Source: an uncultured delta proteobacterium (lineage in GTDB: Bacteria; Desulfobacterota; Desulfuromonadia; Geobacterales; DSM-12255). From it: a stretch of 64,000 nucleotides of DNA. A program made the translations under genes and the position numbers. The notes under the pieces were generated by a model. That model did not search any database. It saw nothing but the letters and a program-made list of their open reading frames with translations, and was not told where the DNA came from. Location: NCBI GenBank assembly GCA_963787125.1, contig CAWBBV010000012.1:160001-224000 (forward strand). Direction: 5' to 3'. Numbering within the stretch: the stretch's first letter is position 1; each line of letters opens with the position of its first letter. This document shows positions 59,331-64,000 of this stretch, in pieces.

Positions 59331-61178
59331 TCAATGGACATTGATCGCGGTAAGCGTCGTCGTAGAGCTACCTGCGCCGTATCCCTCGATATAGAGGATG
59401 CCGTTAGGAGACAGCGCGAGATTCCCTGCCGTCGGGTAGCTCCACACCACGTGGTGCGTGGACCGGTCGATCGCGTACGTCGAGAGATTCGTGCTCATGA
59501 TTACGGCGTTCTGTGAGAGCAAAACCTCGCTCACGAATTTCGTATCACCCGATGCCGGAGGCGTCCAAAACCAGATCAGCGTACCGTCAGCCTCGGAGCG
59601 CGCTTCCAAGCGAAGCGGATTGTTGTTAGCCGAGTATATGATTCCGCTGTCGTAGGCAGGCGTCGACGGATAGACACCTTTGATGGTCCAATCGACAGTG
59701 TTCGATAGTAGATTGAAGTGCACTAGCGAGTTGCCTATCGCTCCGCCGTTAAGAACGTTGTTGGCGTAAGTCGCGGCGAAAACTGAGTTGGCAGCCCCCA
59801 GCACCGCCGATCCGCCGATTTGGTAAATGTAGTTCTCGTATGTTGGGTTTGTGATGCTCGTCTTGAGCGTACCCAGGATCGGATCGAACACACGCAGGGC
59901 ATCACCAGTGTAGGCATACACCGAGCCGGAATCGACCGCTGGGGTCCAAGTGGACTGCTGTGAGGTCCCTGCGAAATACAGCTGGGTTCCCTGAAAATTA
60001 AGCGCGTACATCCCACCGTACGTGCCCGCGTTGGTATAGACTCCCGATGGCCCTACGGTGGGGGCGAGGTAGTTTTCCCACTGGGAGGACATGGCTGTTT
60101 GGAACAACTTGGAACCGGTCATGGCATCGAAGGCGTACATGTAGGTCGATGACTGCTGTCCGGCCGCCACGTAGACGATCCCGTTTCTGACGGCGGGCGG
60201 GTTCACAGACGGAAAAGACAACCCGCTGAAGCTAAAGCTCCACAGGGTGGCGCCGTCGTACTCGCTACGTGCAGTGACGGCATTGGCGCCTGCCATGTAG
60301 AATTTTCCGCCTTCCGTGGTCACCGTAGCCAGATTGAAATTGCTGTTGAAATAGAGGAACGCAGGGACCGAGATCTGCCAGCGCGTGTCGAACTGGTTGG
60401 GATCGAGCGTGACAGGCACATATCCCGTGTGGGCGGCATTGCCCTGGAACGTGGCCCATTCGGGGGCACCCTGGATTGACGACAGCACAGTCAAGTGATT
60501 GCCTGACCACGCACCGCCCGGGGCGAGGACATTGACCGTGTAATTTACCCACACGCTCGGCATCGCTTGAGACGTTGTGCAACCGGCATCCGTGTAAAGG
60601 TTCACAACAACCTGTCCGGTATGGAGGCCCGTGCTCGCGGAACTCAGGGTTGAGAGTTCAAGCACGTAGTTGCCGGCGCTGGCGTTCACCGTAACAGGCA
60701 CACAAAAAACGCCGCCCGCGTCACTGGCCTTGGCGTAGACCGTGCCACTGAGGCCCGTGGCTGCTGCATTGAGCGTCACGAGCGGAGAGACAGACGTACT
60801 GACCACCACCATCCTGGAAACGGCGACCACCGGCACTACGGTGAGGCGTACGTTGGTCGTTGTGGAACCGCCTGGTCCCGTAACCTTGATCGTATAATCA
60901 GCGGTTGCCGCGACTGCGACAGGCGTACCTGAAATGGAGCCAGTAGTCGCATCCAGTGCCAGACCGGCAGGCAGCGAAGGGGTCACACTGTACGATGTCG
61001 CCGTACCGGTGATGGTCGGCACCAACGACGAGATAGGTTGGTTCTCTCCGTAAACCTGGGGCGACATATACGACGCTTGCGGCGCTGCAAGATTGCTTGA
61101 AGAACCGCCTCCACCGCCGCCACACCCTGCTAAAATTACGGCGCAAATGATTGTCGCCCATAGGCTGATCGCTTTCAT
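59331..61178 (-). CDS. Lipoprotein with putative Ig domain and PQQ-like beta-propeller repeats
   Basis: LAGC lipobox, Gly run, LPAGLALDATTGSISGTP, WATFQGNAAHTG, repeated (T/D)GxxLW motifs; visibly GC-rich. Confidence 0.8.
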   Translation of the reverse strand: MKAISLWATIICAVILAGCGGGGGGSSSNLAAPQASYMSPQVYGENQPISSLVPTITGTATSYSVTPSLPAGLALDATTGSISGTPVAVAATADYTIKVTGPGGSTTTNVRLTVVPVVAVSRMVVVSTSVSPLVTLNAAATGLSGTVYAKASDAGGVFCVPVTVNASAGNYVLELSTLSSASTGLHTGQVVVNLYTDAGCTTSQAMPSVWVNYTVNVLAPGGAWSGNHLTVLSSIQGAPEWATFQGNAAHTGYVPVTLDPNQFDTRWQISVPAFLYFNSNFNLATVTTEGGKFYMAGANAVTARSEYDGATLWSFSFSGLSFPSVNPPAVRNGIVYVAAGQQSSTYMYAFDAMTGSKLFQTAMSSQWENYLAPTVGPSGVYTNAGTYGGMYALNFQGTQLYFAGTSQQSTWTPAVDSGSVYAYTGDALRVFDPILGTLKTSITNPTYENYIYQIGGSAVLGAANSVFAATYANNVLNGGAIGNSLVHFNLLSNTVDWTIKGVYPSTPAYDSGIIYSANNNPLRLEARSEADGTLIWFWTPPASGDTKFVSEVLLSQNAVIMSTNLSTYAIDRSTHHVVWSYPTAGNLALSPNGILYIEGYGAGSSTTTLTAINVH

Positions 61179-61444
61179 ACCTGCCCTCCCGTTTTCATTG
61201 ATTGTGATAATAAATTTTTCATTTCATCCAACTCGTACTTGATCAGACGACTTCTGGTATATACATGTATATGCTTCCATCTACCTGTATATGCCGTCTC
61301 CAAGTTATCTACATGTATATGCTTTTCCAGGTCAAGCCTTTGAGTGACTCCCTTCATATTCAACTCAACAAGTACCGGATCTACATCAACTTTCAATTCG
61401 TAATTGAGTCTGCACTTCATACTCTCAATCACTCTCTTTACCAT
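61175..61444 (-). CDS. Small hypothetical protein or relic with internal DNA repeats
   Basis: ATGA overlap with downstream gene; KHIHV twice. Confidence 0.35.
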   Translation of the reverse strand: MVKRVIESMKCRLNYELKVDVDPVLVELNMKGVTQRLDLEKHIHVDNLETAYTGRWKHIHVYTRSRLIKYELDEMKNLLSQSMKTGGQV

Positions 61445-61573
61445 CTCTTTGCCAGCTTATGAATTCAGGCATCATCGATCAGCAGCTAGATGGTTCTAAT
61501 CGGCCTCTTCGGCCTTGATCTGTGGCAAAAACCTTGGAACTTACTTTACGTCTACTGCTAGCTGTAATTTAGA

Positions 61574-61593
61574 AATTCCGGCCGGCCGGAATT
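61574..61593. promoter_or_regulatory. Perfect 20-bp palindrome, candidate parS
   Basis: AATTCCGGCCGGCCGGAATT, about 70 bp downstream of the parB stop. Confidence 0.5.
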
Positions 61594-61662
61594 CTGTAAC
61601 TTTACGATATCATACAACTTAGTATCCAAATTTTTGCGTTGCAGCGCTGTCCAGGAAATCAT

Positions 61663-62430
61663 TTACGCCTTGAGCAGCTTAATTTTCTGATAGGCCACGC
61701 CCCGCAGTTTTTCAACTTCCAGAAGTAGGGCAGTTTTCTGCTCAGTGGTCATGTCGGCGATAACTATGGTATCGAGCTTTTCCGCCCAGCCGGTGACGTC
61801 TGCCACTGTTAGCTGCTTCTTGATAACCTTGGGCGTGGTCTTTTTCCTGATTTCACCACGGGTCAGGCCGCTCTCCTTGTACTTGGTGTAGAGGGCTGTC
61901 ATCTTCTCGGCTGTTTTCTGTCTGGCAATAAGACCAAGGATGCTGCGCATCGCCTTGGGATCATTGCGGCAGTCGTCCTTTACTGCCGCCGGTAAACGAT
62001 TCAGGGAGAGAATTTCCGAGATGGTCGAATCCGACTTCCCCAGTGCTGTTGACAGCTCTGCCAGCCCGTAATCATGCACCGCCCGCAGCCGCTCAATCGC
62101 CTCCGCTTCCTCAATGGCCGTCAGATTCTCCCGCAGCAGATTCTCGATAATGGAAATCTCCGCCGGTTCTCCGTCGGTGATCATCGCCGGGACAGTTTCC
62201 AGACCGGCATTCTTCGCCGCCTGATAACGCCGCTCGCCGGAGACGATGATAAACTTGCCACCCTCCCCTGCCCGCACCAGAATCGGCTGAAGGACACCAT
62301 GGCTGGAAATGGAAGCTGTCAGATCGGCCAGCGCCTGCTCGTCGAAGAATTTGCGCGGCTGCTCCGGGTCGGGAAGCAGCTGAAACATGCTCAACTGGTA
62401 GAGTTTGCCTTTTTCAAAGTCTGTGGCCAT
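61663..62430 (-). CDS. Orphan ParB/Spo0J-family protein
   Basis: PEQPRKFF, GVLQPILVR, SGERRYQA, IENLLRENL, HTH; no adjacent parA. Confidence 0.9.
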   Translation of the reverse strand: MATDFEKGKLYQLSMFQLLPDPEQPRKFFDEQALADLTASISSHGVLQPILVRAGEGGKFIIVSGERRYQAAKNAGLETVPAMITDGEPAEISIIENLLRENLTAIEEAEAIERLRAVHDYGLAELSTALGKSDSTISEILSLNRLPAAVKDDCRNDPKAMRSILGLIARQKTAEKMTALYTKYKESGLTRGEIRKKTTPKVIKKQLTVADVTGWAEKLDTIVIADMTTEQKTALLLEVEKLRGVAYQKIKLLKA

Positions 62431-62477
62431 AACGTCTCCTTTAAGGGGTTAATGCTCCCAAAATGCCAAAAAAATGA

Positions 62478-62574
62478 CTCACGCAACGACGCGACGAAAG
62501 GCAGAAATAAAAAAAGATTCACAACCGGATTCAGGTTTTAAGATTCTCGTTGAGTCGTTGCGTCGTTGCGTGAG
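62478..62574. repeat. REP-like inverted repeat
   Basis: CTCACGCAACGACGCGACGA (62478-62497) vs inverted copy at 62555-62574, 19/20 identical. Confidence 0.7.
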
Positions 62575-62802
62575 AACGGTTTTATGCTTTGTGAACTAAA
62601 AAAGCCGCCTGCCCGGTTTTAATCCCGGTTCAGCGGCTTTGTATTGTTGATTATTTATATTCATAACATTCCTTATGACATCAACATTAAAGGTGTCGCA
62701 AAATACAATGCGGTTCTATAATTGTCAATGTTTAATAAGGAAATTTGAGTTAACGGTTATAGTTGCTAGCTGGCAATAATCCTCAGGTCTTTAACCGGCA
62801 CC

Positions 62803-63453
62803 TCAGGCAAAGCCATTTTCCAGAAGCTGCTGCATGCTTATCCCGCCAGACGCCTTCACTGAGCCCGCAGCGGATAACAGTCTCTCAACATACTTGCCGA
62901 TAATATCTGTCTCAATATTGACAGTGTCACCCGGCTTTCTGAAAGCCAGTGTCGTCATCTTTGCTGTGTGGGGAATGATGTTGATCGAGAAGCTCTCGGA
63001 CGTAACACGATTGACAGTAAGACTGATACCGTCTATGGCCACCGACCCTTTTTCAATTATATAGCGACATTTTTCAGCAGGGAGTCTGAATGAAAAGAGA
63101 ATATTGCCTGACTCTTCCCGCCGCTCGGTTACGGTTGCCACGCAGTCGATATGCCCGCTGACGATATGCCCGCCAAGCCGGTCAGACAGGCGCATTGCCC
63201 GCTCAAGATTCACCTTGTCGCCGGCAGAGAGCTTGCCCAGTCCTGATTTATCGAGAGTCTCCGGCGACACATCGAAAGTGAGCAGCGGTGCTTCAATGCT
63301 TGTGACGGTAAGACAAACTCCGTTAACCGCCACGGAGTCACCCAGATGGAATTCGCCCGCAGGCATGACGGTTGCTACCGTAAGCTTTGCCGAGCCACCC
63401 CGCCGTTCCAGCTTCTGCAGCCTCCCCACATCTTCTATCAGTCCTGTAAACAT
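62803..63453 (-). CDS. ribE: Riboflavin synthase
   Basis: MFTGLIE, NGVCLTV, NLERAM, GGHIVSGHID. Confidence 0.97.
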   Translation of the reverse strand: MFTGLIEDVGRLQKLERRGGSAKLTVATVMPAGEFHLGDSVAVNGVCLTVTSIEAPLLTFDVSPETLDKSGLGKLSAGDKVNLERAMRLSDRLGGHIVSGHIDCVATVTERREESGNILFSFRLPAEKCRYIIEKGSVAIDGISLTVNRVTSESFSINIIPHTAKMTTLAFRKPGDTVNIETDIIGKYVERLLSAAGSVKASGGISMQQLLENGFA

Positions 63454-64000
63454 CTCTCCTCCGGAGCCGCTTCGACAAGGATATCGTTACCGACCCTTGA
63501 CACTTTATGTATTGAAAGCTGAACTGCATCCCTCATGAAAGTAGCACCGGCACCGGCAAAGAGCCCTCTTCCGTCACCACCTAGAATTTTCGGTGCGTAA
63601 AAGAGTAAAAACCTGTCAATCAGCCGCTGACGGAGCATTGCACCGCAAAGACGCTCGCCGGCTTCAAGCAGAATCGACTGAATGCCGCGCGCGCCCAGTT
63701 TTTCCAGCAACAAAGCCAAATCAACCCGGCCATCCTGTCCGGCACAAAGCAGCACTTCAGCGCCTCTTTCAGTCAAAGCGGTAATTTTTGACTGGTCATT
63801 ACAGAGGGTTGCAATAATAACCGGAGTTGTTGCCGCATCGCTCATGAGCCGGCAATTGACAGGGATCTGCAGACTGCTGTCAACTACGATCCTGACAGGA
63901 TTTCTCCCTTTAACCATTCTGACGGTAAGCTGGGGATCATCTGCCAGCACTGTTCCGGAGCCGGTCATGACAGCGTCGACTCCAGCACGGAGTCGGTGCA
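63438..64000 (-). CDS. ribD: RibD deaminase/reductase (3' part)
   Basis: GSGTVLADDPQLTVR, P.RIVVDS, SILLEAG, FYAPKILGG; starts beyond window. Confidence 0.93.
   Translation of the reverse strand, partial: HRLRAGVDAVMTGSGTVLADDPQLTVRMVKGRNPVRIVVDSSLQIPVNCRLMSDAATTPVIIATLCNDQSKITALTERGAEVLLCAGQDGRVDLALLLEKLGARGIQSILLEAGERLCGAMLRQRLIDRFLLFYAPKILGGDGRGLFAGAGATFMRDAVQLSIHKVSRVGNDILVEAAPEERCLQD

Overview
Core chromosome of a Geobacteraceae-like deltaproteobacterium (inferred from gene content and order), apparently spanning the replication terminus, since a 28-bp dif site lies at 10921-10948. Housekeeping blocks: pepA; iorAB-paaK-ACT-livKHMGF-paaK; ppx; Na/Pi transporter; ompA; ihfB; rlmD; infA-efp-epmA; moxR-DUF58-transglutaminase; ribBA-ribH-nusB-hom; a 12-heme cytochrome; thrC-purN-purM; rimI; pyrK-pyrD; ribE-ribD. 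Three accessory zones interrupt them. (1) 1-9.3 kb is an IS pile-up: IS21, an IS1380 carrying a nested IS4, and an ISNCY element. The IS1380 and ISNCY split one reconstructable 275-aa secreted-protein gene. A brnTA pair and a group II intron scrap follow. (2) 32.4-36.3 kb is an AT-rich island relic with a truncated minimal family-A-polymerase-like gene, joined by a second IS1380 copy to a truncated RND efflux adaptor. (3) 57.5-62.7 kb holds a Y1/HUH (RAYT-like) transposase bounded by 25-bp terminal inverted repeats with a ladder of truncated end copies. It abuts a group IIC intron 5' fragment inserted in an attC site, an integron-type cassette with no integrase, a GC-rich lipoprotein gene and an orphan parB with palindromic sites. 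The TIR-bounded Y1 element with its adjacent integron fragment is the best candidate for an undescribed system.
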